A model generated the notes under the pieces. That model saw only the letters and a list, made by a program, of their open reading frames with translations, did no database searches and was not told where the DNA came from. From a virus (taxonomy: Duplodnaviria > Caudoviricetes), in IMG/VR virus record IMGVR_UViG_3300050581_000016, positions 1 through 64,000 of that record: DNA of 64,000 bases. One strand, written 5' to 3'. Shown piece by piece: positions 45,344 to 53,474 of the stretch. Each line of letters starts with the position of its first letter. The stretch's first letter is position 1. Both the position numbers and the translations under genes were made by a program.

Positions 45344-46691
45344 CGTCCAATGGGTTCCGCTGGAGAAGGTCGAGGCGAACAGCTACAACCCCAACTCCGT
45401 GGCCATCAACGAGATGAAGCTGCTCTACACCTCGATCAAGCACGATGGCTACTGCGTCGAGGAGTCTACACCTGTTTTAAGGGCCGACCTAACCTGGGTT
45501 CCAGCAGGTGAATTATCTGTTGGAGACAAGATCATTGCGTTTGATGAGTATGCGACTGGGAACGGGGACGGCAGGAAACAGCGTCGCTATCGCACGGCTT
45601 CAGTCGTGTCAAACTCCATTGAAGAGAGTGACCTGGTAAGAGTTGAAACGGATCGTGGTGAGCTGCTTACGACTCCTGACCACCCTTTCTTAGCAAAGCG
45701 CTGTTACGGCAGAGGGTATCACATGGCCGATTGGATCATGGCCTCTGACTTGCGACCCGATGACATCGTGATCTATTTGATGGCTCCATGGGAAGTTGAC
45801 CGATCATATGATGCTGGATGGCTCTCTGGCTTTCTTGATGGAGAGGGGACGCTGGCGAACAACCAGAATAAAAGTCGGAAGCCTACTGTTCGACTGGCTG
45901 GGTATCAGCGCCCAGGCACTACAGCCGACCACATGGTTGCAGAAATGGCCAAGCGAGCGCTGACGAAGGTTTTTACTTTAGACCGGACGGGCCATGTCAA
46001 ATGGAGCAGCATGGTTATGGCGCGGGTTGACCGCCTCACCGAAGTGATGCGGCTTTTAGGCTCGGTTCGCCCAGAGCGCCTGATTGAAAAAGGCGGTGTT
46101 TTCTGGGAAGGGTGTGCCCTGTCTTCCAAGCTTAAGGATGAGACGAAGGCAGTAGTTGCGTCTGTTAGCCAAGAACGGCGCGGCAACATTGCACGGTTGT
46201 CTACAACTACAAAGACCTATATTGCCAATGGGTTTGCGGTTCATAACACTCAGCCCATCGTGACGGTCTACGACGAGGCGCAGGACAAGTACATTATCGT
46301 GGATGGATTCCATCGGCATCTGGTCATGAAGCACAACCGGGACATCTACGAGGACACGGGCGGCCTGCTGCCGGTGGTGGTGCTCAATAAGGACATCAAC
46401 GACCGCATGGCCTCCACCGTCAGGCACAACAGGGCCAGAGGGCGGCATGCCGTTGAGGGCATGGCGACCATCGTGTTCTCGATGCTCGACAACGGCTGGG
46501 CCGACATCGACATCTGCAAGGAGCTGGGCATGGAGCACGAGGAGCTGATCCGGCTCAAGCACATCACCGGCTTCTCCAAGCTCTTTGAGGACGTCGAGTA
46601 TCGGCGGGCGTATGAAACCAAGCGACAGGTCAAATTGAGGCTCGAATGGGAAGAAAAACATTCGTCGTCATCTCAGTCTCCGACAGAGTAG
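45315..46691 (+). CDS. IbrB/YbdM-type ParB-like protein (ParB-2) interrupted by an intein
   Basis: Exteins read YNPNSVA...SIKHDGY|TQPIV...IVDGFHR...STVRHNRARGRH; 193 aa after intein removal. Confidence 0.85.
   Translation: MSIENHPVHNVQWVPLEKVEANSYNPNSVAINEMKLLYTSIKHDGYCVEESTPVLRADLTWVPAGELSVGDKIIAFDEYATGNGDGRKQRRYRTASVVSNSIEESDLVRVETDRGELLTTPDHPFLAKRCYGRGYHMADWIMASDLRPDDIVIYLMAPWEVDRSYDAGWLSGFLDGEGTLANNQNKSRKPTVRLAGYQRPGTTADHMVAEMAKRALTKVFTLDRTGHVKWSSMVMARVDRLTEVMRLLGSVRPERLIEKGGVFWEGCALSSKLKDETKAVVASVSQERRGNIARLSTTTKTYIANGFAVHNTQPIVTVYDEAQDKYIIVDGFHRHLVMKHNRDIYEDTGGLLPVVVLNKDINDRMASTVRHNRARGRHAVEGMATIVFSMLDNGWADIDICKELGMEHEELIRLKHITGFSKLFEDVEYRRAYETKRQVKLRLEWEEKHSSSSQSPTE
45453..46247 (+). 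mobile_element. 265-aa intein with a LAGLIDADG-type motif
   Basis: Starts CVEESTPVL, block B TTPDHPF, AGWLSGFLDGEG, ends GFAVHN followed by Thr; lower GC than flanks. Confidence 0.9.
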
Positions 46692-47452
46692 GCGAGCTGA
46701 ACGCCCTGGTGGGGCAGATCGCAGCCGACTCGCGCTTTGACTCTTATGACGTCAACCTCTACTTCCAAGACCCGCAAGGCGTGGCTGGGAAGATCGCACA
46801 CCGTGACCGCTATGAGCGCGTCATCGTCGTGCCCGAGCTGGCAGGCTGTCACGGGGCCAGAGTCCTTCTCTTGAGGGAGCTGGACGGGGCCGGATACGAC
46901 GCCTACGTCAACCTGGACGACGACATGGAGCTGTGCGGGCACACCGACTACGAGCCTGCGGTCGCCTTCTCAGGCTATCCAGGGATCGGGTTTGTCATGA
47001 CGAACTGGGCCAAGACCATGCCCCTTCTGGAAAAGAAGGTTCCGGCCATGCTCAGGCATCGGGCCTCCGGCATGGGCCGGTTCAAGCGTCAGATCATGCT
47101 CTACAACGGTGGAGGCATGGTCTACCGGGACAGGGTCGCCGACCTCATGCGTCAGCTCGAACCCGTCAAGACGGCCTTTGATTGTGCCTGGCCGATCACT
47201 TCTTATGTCAACGGGTTCGAGAACTACCGGGATCAGGGCAGCCTTGCCGTCCACAAGGTCTGCGGGACGGGCGGCATGAACGCCTTCATGGCAGCGACAA
47301 AGCTGCATGTGATGTGCGAAGAGTGGCTGGAGTTCCTGCCTGCAAAGAAGCAGGACGGAAGCTGCACCTCCGTCTTGATACCGCTGGACGCCCAGGTGAA
47401 GCAGGCTGCCAAAGAGGCTCACGCCAAGGCGAGAAGGGAAATGGGACTATGA
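46646..47452 (+). CDS. GT-A fold glycosyltransferase-like protein
   Basis: N-terminal VVISVSDR strand, DxD motif VNLDDDM, GGGMVY, C-terminal HKVCGTGGM. Confidence 0.65.
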   Translation: MGRKTFVVISVSDRVGELNALVGQIAADSRFDSYDVNLYFQDPQGVAGKIAHRDRYERVIVVPELAGCHGARVLLLRELDGAGYDAYVNLDDDMELCGHTDYEPAVAFSGYPGIGFVMTNWAKTMPLLEKKVPAMLRHRASGMGRFKRQIMLYNGGGMVYRDRVADLMRQLEPVKTAFDCAWPITSYVNGFENYRDQGSLAVHKVCGTGGMNAFMAATKLHVMCEEWLEFLPAKKQDGSCTSVLIPLDAQVKQAAKEAHAKARREMGL

Positions 47453-47991
47453 ACAGGGTCGAGATGAACCGCAAGCAAATGCTTGAGTACATTGCCAGGA
47501 CTCTAGGCATGACGGGCGGCGTGATCGCCGAGGTCGGAGTGCTACGGGGCACCTTCGCAAAGAGCCTGCAAGACGCCCTGGCGCCCAGCAGAATGTACCT
47601 GGTCGATCCCTGGCAGGCGTTCCCGCCCAGCGAGTTCTCCGACTACACCAGCTATTCCCAGGCGAAGTGGGATGCGATAGCGGCCTCGGTCGCCAGCCGT
47701 TTCCCGCCTCCTGTGAATGTGATCTTGCGTATGACATCGGAGGAGGCCGCTCAGCACGTCCCAGACGGCTCCCTCGATATGGTCTACCTGGACGGGAACC
47801 ATGCTTACGAGCATGTGGCCCAAGACTTGCGGCTCTGGTTCCAAAAGGTCAGACCTGGCGGGTTCATCGCTGGACACGACATAGACCGGAAAAGCGTCGG
47901 AAGGGCCGTGGGTGAGTTCCTGACCAGCATCAGCGCCTCGGCGCACATGACCAACGAGAAGTCCTGCTGCTCATACTTCTGGCAGAGATAA
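47449..47991 (+). CDS. Class I SAM-dependent methyltransferase (Methyltransf_24 / sugar O-methyltransferase-like)
   Basis: AEVGVLRG, LVDPW, DMVYLDGNHAY, KVRPGGFIAGHD; 4-nt overlap with the GT gene. Confidence 0.85.
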   Translation: MNRVEMNRKQMLEYIARTLGMTGGVIAEVGVLRGTFAKSLQDALAPSRMYLVDPWQAFPPSEFSDYTSYSQAKWDAIAASVASRFPPPVNVILRMTSEEAAQHVPDGSLDMVYLDGNHAYEHVAQDLRLWFQKVRPGGFIAGHDIDRKSVGRAVGEFLTSISASAHMTNEKSCCSYFWQR

Positions 47992-48000
47992 GGAACAGCC

Positions 48001-48573
48001 ATGCAAATCGTCGATGTCAAGATCGAACAGATACGCCCCTACTGGCGAAATCCTCGCAAGAACGAGAAGGCCATCCAGGCCGTCAAGGAGTCCATAGAGC
48101 GCTACGGCTTCAACGTGCCCATCGTGCTGGACATGGCAGGCGTCATCATTGCCGGTCACACCCGATACAAGGCGGCCCTGGAGCTTGGATGGAAGTCGAT
48201 CCCGTGCATCTACTCCGACATGGACGAGAAGAAGGCCAAGGAGTACCGGATCGCCGACAACAAGACCGGCGAGCTGGCCCAGTGGGACATGGCGAGCTTG
48301 AAGCTGGAGATGCGCGAGCTTGAGTTTGACGGCTCCCTCCCAGGCTTTGACGAGGCCGAGATGAGTTCATTCCTGAGCGACATCTCGTTTGGCAACGCGA
48401 GCCTTCCGTCGCTCGATGGAAGCGACAAGGATCAGGAGCGGTTCGACCGCAAAGAGGCTGAGCTGAACTCCAAGTTCAGCGATCATAGCCAGAAGATGCA
48501 GGACAACTACGTCACGGTCAACTGTCCTCATTGCGGCAAGGAGTTCGTCCTTGACAAGAACGACATGGGGTAG
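48001..48573 (+). CDS. ParB-like N-terminal domain protein (ParB-3) with C-terminal CPHC
   Basis: RNPRKNE...SIERYGFNVPIV...IIAGHTR...YRIADNK. Confidence 0.85.
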   Translation: MQIVDVKIEQIRPYWRNPRKNEKAIQAVKESIERYGFNVPIVLDMAGVIIAGHTRYKAALELGWKSIPCIYSDMDEKKAKEYRIADNKTGELAQWDMASLKLEMRELEFDGSLPGFDEAEMSSFLSDISFGNASLPSLDGSDKDQERFDRKEAELNSKFSDHSQKMQDNYVTVNCPHCGKEFVLDKNDMG

Positions 48574-48655
48574 AGTCACGCTCAATAAGTGTTGTGATCT
48601 TTCACGAGGTGTGATATAAATACCTCAACCATTCACCCCAACGAAAGGATCGCAC

Positions 48656-48967
48656 ATGATAGAAATTGAGCCGATTCAGTTTGACGAGGAAAGTGCAGTC
48701 AGGGCCAGGGCATTCATCGAGGCCGTCAGATGGCAGGTCGCCAAGACCTACGAGAAGACGGCCCCTCACGAGTACACCGTCAGAAAATGGTGTCCCGATC
48801 TTGAGAAGGAGTACGCCTGGTTTGACATGCTCATCCGCGATGCCGGTGTCAAGAAGAAGTTCTGGAAGACCCAGTACAGCTACTTGTACCTGGACGGCTA
48901 TCGTTATTGGACGGGCTGGCCGCCGATCCTCATCAATAGATGCCCAGCAGACCAACCCTGGCAGTAA
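48656..48967 (+). CDS. Aromatic-rich hypothetical protein
   Basis: RW..AKTY...PHEY...YLYLDGYRYWT...LINR; own candidate promoter TTGTGA-17-TATAAA at 48592-48620. Confidence 0.65.
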   Translation: MIEIEPIQFDEESAVRARAFIEAVRWQVAKTYEKTAPHEYTVRKWCPDLEKEYAWFDMLIRDAGVKKKFWKTQYSYLYLDGYRYWTGWPPILINRCPADQPWQ

Positions 48968-49016
48968 AGAATACAACGATTCTTAAATGCAAGCCTTTTG
49001 CGGCAGAGCGCCTGTG

Positions 49017-49108
49017 AACCCTTACTGATGGCCGATTTGAGCGTCAGCGCATTCAGATTCCGTTTAGGTGTCAGTACATAGGGGGCAACTTCAAGTGCGC
49101 TCTAAACG
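49017..49108 (+). repeat. Copy 2 of the two-copy upstream element
   Basis: 31 bp identical to 18587-18617 plus GTGCGCTCTAAACG at 49095-49108. Confidence 0.85.
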
Positions 49109-49141
49109 GCAAATAGGCCGCCCAGAAGCGGGGTGAAAGTC

Positions 49142-49174
49142 TGGCACGATTCTTGGCTCGGCACGAGGCTTGCA
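49142..49174 (+). promoter_or_regulatory. sigma54-type -24/-12 promoter(s)
   Basis: CGGCAC-GAGGC-TTGCA at 49159-49174; weaker TGGCAC-GATTC-TTGG at 49142-49156. Confidence 0.6.
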
Positions 49175-49221
49175 AAGGTTCTAAGTGTCTAAAATATTTT
49201 GCAATCCCCTTCACTTTTTGT

Positions 49222-49250
49222 TTGACAAAGAAGTAAGTCCTTAGTATTCT
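49222..49250 (+). promoter_or_regulatory. sigma70 promoter TTGACA-17-TATTCT with operator TAAGTCCTTA (49234-49243)
   Basis: Exact spacing; followed by ACGGTTAAGG leader. Confidence 0.75.
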
Positions 49251-49302
49251 GGGTGCAACGGTTAAGGAACAACACCAACCCCAGATACGAAGGAGCACGA
49301 CC

Positions 49303-49881
49303 ATGACTTACGGCGAATACGCAAAGGCCCAGGCGAAATTGGCGAAGATCAACCACGACCTCGATGAGATGTGGGAGAACGCCGAAACTGAAGAAGCCCG
49401 CAAAGAGTGCATGGTGCTTGAGAAAGAGGCCGAGGAACTCCAGGCCATAGTCGCCGAGGGCGCCGAGCAGTACAAGGCGACCGAGGACAACGACGAGGAC
49501 ATGGAAGACGACGAACTGCTCAAGACCATCGAGAAGATCATGGGCGGCAGCACCGCGAGCACGATGGTTGAGAAGGAAGTGGCCCTCGCCGACAGTGCGA
49601 CGGCCAAGGCCCTGAAAGAGGGCGCGACGGTAGTTGCCGACGAACCGGCCAAGAAGGACGAAGAGGCCGTCAAGAAGGCCCGCAAGCCCAGGGAGAAGAA
49701 GGAGCCCGAACCGGAAGTCACTGAGCTTGGAGGATTCAAGCTGGGCCAGAAGGCGGGCTGGAAGGAAGGCGGGCAACTCTTTGAAGGGATCGTTACAAAG
49801 ATCGGCAAGTGCTACCTGGGGATCACCATCGAGAGTGGAAAACACCAGAAGATCAAGCCCTGCTACACGATAGCCCTGTAA
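49303..49881 (+). CDS. Highly charged hypothetical early protein
   Basis: 192 aa, E/K-rich with a small C-terminal beta domain; AAGGAG RBS. Confidence 0.7.
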   Translation: MTYGEYAKAQAKLAKINHDLDEMWENAETEEARKECMVLEKEAEELQAIVAEGAEQYKATEDNDEDMEDDELLKTIEKIMGGSTASTMVEKEVALADSATAKALKEGATVVADEPAKKDEEAVKKARKPREKKEPEPEVTELGGFKLGQKAGWKEGGQLFEGIVTKIGKCYLGITIESGKHQKIKPCYTIAL

Positions 49882-49951
49882 GGGAATCAAGGGGCCGACC
49901 TGGTGGTCAGATCGGCCCCTACTTCAACAACCAGGAGGAAGGAGTCGAATC

Positions 49952-50275
49952 ATGAAAAGAATCATTACTGCATTGGTGATCGCCCTGACGCTCGTGATTG
50001 GAGCGCCCATCGTCAACGCCCAGGACGCCGTCTGTGTTGATCCGAATGGATGGGTCGTTGCGTGCTCCACGGAGGAGTACAAGGTGTTGCAGCCTCAGAT
50101 GGACGGGCCGAACCTGTGGTCGGCAACGATTGTCGTTAAACGGAATTCACCGCTCATGAGCACCAGGGATAAGGTCGTGGCGGTTTACGGTCGTACCTGC
50201 GATGAGGCCCAGGATCGGGCGCGGCAACTGCTTCGGATGCTCAGGGGCGGCAAGGACTTCATGGAAGGCAGATAG
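49952..50275 (+). CDS. Exported hypothetical protein
   Basis: MKRIITALVIALTLVIGAPIVNA signal-peptide pattern. Confidence 0.65.
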   Translation: MKRIITALVIALTLVIGAPIVNAQDAVCVDPNGWVVACSTEEYKVLQPQMDGPNLWSATIVVKRNSPLMSTRDKVVAVYGRTCDEAQDRARQLLRMLRGGKDFMEGR

Positions 50276-50330
50276 ACATCTCGACGAGGTCGAAGAGGAG
50301 GCCCTGGGAAACCGGGGCCTTTTCATTTGT

Positions 50331-50407
50331 GCGGGGATAGCTCAACAGGCAGAGCACAACCCTTCCCAGGTTGAAGGTGCGTGGTTCGAGTCCCGCTCTC
50401 CGCTCCA
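50331..50407 (+). tRNA. tRNA-Gly (anticodon TCC), with encoded CCA
   Basis: Acceptor GCGGGGA/TCTCCGC, D-stem GCTC/GAGC, anticodon stem CAACC/GGTTG with loop CTTCCCA, GTTCGAG T-loop, discriminator T, CCA. Confidence 0.85.
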
Positions 50408-50469
50408 ATAGTCATCAAAGAAGGCCCTGGGATGAACCCAGGGCCTTTCCTGTTTCAGGAGGATGTCAC

Positions 50470-50628
50470 ATGAAGTCGTGCAGCAACTGCTCGAATAGCA
50501 ACTGGAACATTCCAGGCTCCCAGTGTCAGGACTGTCGAGGATACTCTCGATGGGCGAAGCGCCCAGAGAAGCCGAGATTCAACAAGGCGGCCTGGAAGGC
50601 GGCCCATTTCGATCAAAAGGAGAGTTGA
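50470..50628 (+). CDS. Small Cys-rich protein
   Basis: MKSCSNC...CQDC; AGGAGG RBS. Confidence 0.45.
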   Translation: MKSCSNCSNSNWNIPGSQCQDCRGYSRWAKRPEKPRFNKAAWKAAHFDQKES

Positions 50629-51191
50629 TGGCAGAGCGCAAGTATGACACGGCCCAGCTCGAAGCATGGCTCGACAAGTGGCAGCCCCGGTTGAAGCTCA
50701 GTGATTGGGACATCGACATCAAGTATTGCGACATCGGCGAGCTGAAAGGCGACATGGCTCGTATCGAATGGGACGACGGAAACCAGATCGCAGAGATCAG
50801 CGTGCTCCCCGAAGACCAGTATCAAACCAACAAGGGCATGATCCTATACGACGCAGAGGTCAGCATCGTTCACGAACTGGTTCATTTGCGATTGTCAGAC
50901 ATCGAGCCCAAAGAGGGATATCACGAGGAGCGGGCCGTCAACGCCATCGCCCAGGCGCTTGTCTATACCGACAGGATGGTCGTCGAAGAGGCCAAGAATG
51001 AAATGGAGAGGATCAGGAGTGCGCTGTCGGATGTCGTTGCAATGGGCGATGAAATCGTCTCCTATGCGAAGGCGGAAGTAAACGACAGCGGGCAGGTGGT
51101 CATCACGATCACACCCGTCAATAAAATTGATTGCACGAGCCCACCCGTTGATTTGAAAGACATCATCAAAGTAGTGAATTTCGAGCGCTGA
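50628..51191 (+). CDS. HExxH metallopeptidase-like (SprT-like) protein
   Basis: WQPRLKLSDWDI...SIVHELVHL...EERAVN. Confidence 0.65.
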   Translation: MAERKYDTAQLEAWLDKWQPRLKLSDWDIDIKYCDIGELKGDMARIEWDDGNQIAEISVLPEDQYQTNKGMILYDAEVSIVHELVHLRLSDIEPKEGYHEERAVNAIAQALVYTDRMVVEEAKNEMERIRSALSDVVAMGDEIVSYAKAEVNDSGQVVITITPVNKIDCTSPPVDLKDIIKVVNFER

Positions 51192-51414
51192 TAATCCAAG
51201 TCTTCAAACCAGTAGGCTTCACAGCCAAGAGGAAGACCGTTGGTGAAGCGCATCCATAGGGGCCTGCAACACGGCCCCTTTCTAAACATGAAGGCCAGAG
51301 CCGACCGTTCTGGCCTTTTTGCTTGGATTCAACCATTCAATCGAAGGAGCTGAAATTGACTGATTCAATTCAAACCCTTCACAAGCTGACCACTATTCAA
51401 CCAAGGGGAGCGTC

Positions 51415-52083
51415 ATGGGTCGGGAACCCAAGAAGCCCAAGGAAAGGAAGGTTCCGAGGAACCTGAGCGCCGATACCTGGGTCGAGATACAGGCCCAGTG
51501 GGAAGCGGGAGTGCCTGGATCAGAGCTGGCGAGGAAGTACGGCTTGACGCCGTCTGCCATCACCCACAGAGCCAAGAAGGACGGCTGGCTCAGAGGGGCC
51601 TCCATCAAGACCAGGGCCATCGAAGAGGCCCGTCAGGAGGTCAAAGAGAAGCTCAAGGACACCTACAAAGACCTGGTCGAGAAGGCCAACGAGCAGCACA
51701 TGAAACTCGCCAACTACGGCGAGCAGTTCGGGATCATCCTCTGGAAAGAGCTTGAAATCAACATGAAGGCGCTCCAGAAGCAGCGCCTGGACATGGGTCA
51801 CACTGACGAGAACCCCATCTGCCTGCATGACTTCGGCAAGATCAACGGCCAGTACAAGTCGATCTGGGAAACCCTGGAGAGTGTCGCCAGGTTCAAGCGC
51901 GACGTCCTGAAGATGGGCGAGCACAACTCGTGGATGAGCGACGAAGAGAACCAGGACTCCATCCAGCGGCTCAACGAAATCTTTGAGGAGGGGCGCAAGC
52001 GGTATGAGGAGGTGAGCGGGGATGCTGACAAGGAGGCCACGACAGCGGGCGAAGCTGTTCACCCCGATAATCCACCCAAATAG
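51415..52083 (+). CDS. terS: Probable terminase small subunit
   Basis: N-terminal HTH (WEAG...ELARKYGLTPSAITHRAKKDGW) followed by coiled coil; overlaps terL. Confidence 0.7.
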   Translation: MGREPKKPKERKVPRNLSADTWVEIQAQWEAGVPGSELARKYGLTPSAITHRAKKDGWLRGASIKTRAIEEARQEVKEKLKDTYKDLVEKANEQHMKLANYGEQFGIILWKELEINMKALQKQRLDMGHTDENPICLHDFGKINGQYKSIWETLESVARFKRDVLKMGEHNSWMSDEENQDSIQRLNEIFEEGRKRYEEVSGDADKEATTAGEAVHPDNPPK

Positions 52084-53359
52084 CAAGTCTGAGGAATCAC
52101 TCTATCGCAGCACGAGGCGCCTCAACATCTGGGAGGGCAGCGTGCGGTCGGGCAAGACCATTTCCAGCATCCTTCGCTGGGTCAAATGGGTCGTGACCGA
52201 AGCCCCTGACGAGGGCGAGCTGCTCATGACCGGCAAGACCTACAAGACGATGGAGCGCAACGTCCTCAACCCGATCATCGACATGCTGGGAAGCCGGAAC
52301 GCCTGGTACAACCGAGGCACGGGCGAGTTCTTCATCCAGGGATGCAACCGGCCCATCAACATCATCGGGGCAAACGACGAGCGCTCCCAGGAGAAGATTC
52401 GAGGCGCGACCATTTGCGGGGCCTACGGCGATGAGCTGACGCTCTGGCCCGAGTCCTTCTTCAAGATGCTGCTCTCCAGGTTGAGCGTCAAGGGCGCCAA
52501 GTTCTTCGGGACGACGAACCCCGACAGCCCGTATCATTGGCTCAAGAAGGAGTACATCAACCGGCAGCACGAGCTGGACATGGCCGTCTTCCACTTCATT
52601 CTGGAAGACAACCCCTTCCTTGACCCAGACTACGTCTCGTCGCTCAAGAAAGAGTACACGGGCCTCTGGTACAAGCGCTTCATCGACGGCCTCTGGGTGC
52701 TGGCCGAGGGCGCCGTCTACGATATGTGGGACGACGACCTTCACACCCTGGACGTGCGGGCCATGCTCGAAGCGGACGTCAAGGGCGGCAGGCGAGGACA
52801 GCCCAGGTTCAGGCGATACTTCGTGGCCATTGACTACGGCACGAACAACCCCTGTACGTTTGGCCTCTACGGCTTTGACAAGGGCGTCGTCACGATGGGC
52901 GGCAAGGCGATCATCCCGAAGGTCTACCTTGAGAGGGAATACTACTGGGACAGCAACGTCACGAGCAGACAGAAGACGGACGCCCAGTACGGCGACGACT
53001 TCGTGAAGTGGCTGGGCGGCATCCGGCCCGAGGCCATCTACGTTGACCCCAGCGCCTTGAGTTTCATATCAGAGCTGCGGCACCGGGGCTACCGAGTGAC
53101 CGAGGCCAAGAACGACGTTCTGGACGGCATCCGGTTTGTCGGGAAGCTGCTGAGCGCCGGGAAGTTCCTGATCGACAAGTCCTGCGAACACACGACCGGC
53201 GAGTTCAGCGCCTACGTCTGGGACACCAAGGCCCAGGCACGGGGCGAGGACAAGCCCATCAAAGAACACGATCACGCGATGGATCGGAACAGGTACGGGC
53301 TTTACACCCACTTCTTCAGAGAGAATCCGACCCTGATCCACGGCTTCAACTTCAGGTGA
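52022..53359 (+). CDS. terL: Terminase large subunit (PBSX-like)
   Basis: GSVRSGKT, GDELT, TTNPDSP, IDYGTNNP, YVDPSA, DHAMDRNRY. Confidence 0.95.
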   Translation: MLTRRPRQRAKLFTPIIHPNSKSEESLYRSTRRLNIWEGSVRSGKTISSILRWVKWVVTEAPDEGELLMTGKTYKTMERNVLNPIIDMLGSRNAWYNRGTGEFFIQGCNRPINIIGANDERSQEKIRGATICGAYGDELTLWPESFFKMLLSRLSVKGAKFFGTTNPDSPYHWLKKEYINRQHELDMAVFHFILEDNPFLDPDYVSSLKKEYTGLWYKRFIDGLWVLAEGAVYDMWDDDLHTLDVRAMLEADVKGGRRGQPRFRRYFVAIDYGTNNPCTFGLYGFDKGVVTMGGKAIIPKVYLEREYYWDSNVTSRQKTDAQYGDDFVKWLGGIRPEAIYVDPSALSFISELRHRGYRVTEAKNDVLDGIRFVGKLLSAGKFLIDKSCEHTTGEFSAYVWDTKAQARGEDKPIKEHDHAMDRNRYGLYTHFFRENPTLIHGFNFR

Positions 53360-53452
53360 TTCCCACTTTTGCCATCAAAACAGGGCGTGATTCCCACTTT
53401 CATTTGTTCACCCTCGGTAAAGCGGGAACGGAATTTTGAAAATTCCCACTTT
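53356..53452 (+). repeat. Three direct repeats of ATTCCCACTTT
   Basis: GTGATTCCCACTTT at 53356-53369 and 53387-53400; ATTCCCACTTT at 53442-53452. Confidence 0.8.
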
Positions 53453-53474
53453 GGGCCAATTTTGGAGGCAACCA

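Noticed and set aside
43523-48573. ParABS plasmid partition system
   Set aside because: Only ParB N-terminal domains, no HTH parS-binding domain recognised and no parA nearby.
48593-48607. CRP/FNR site (TGTGA...TCAC)
   Set aside because: Half-sites are 4 bp apart rather than the required 6.
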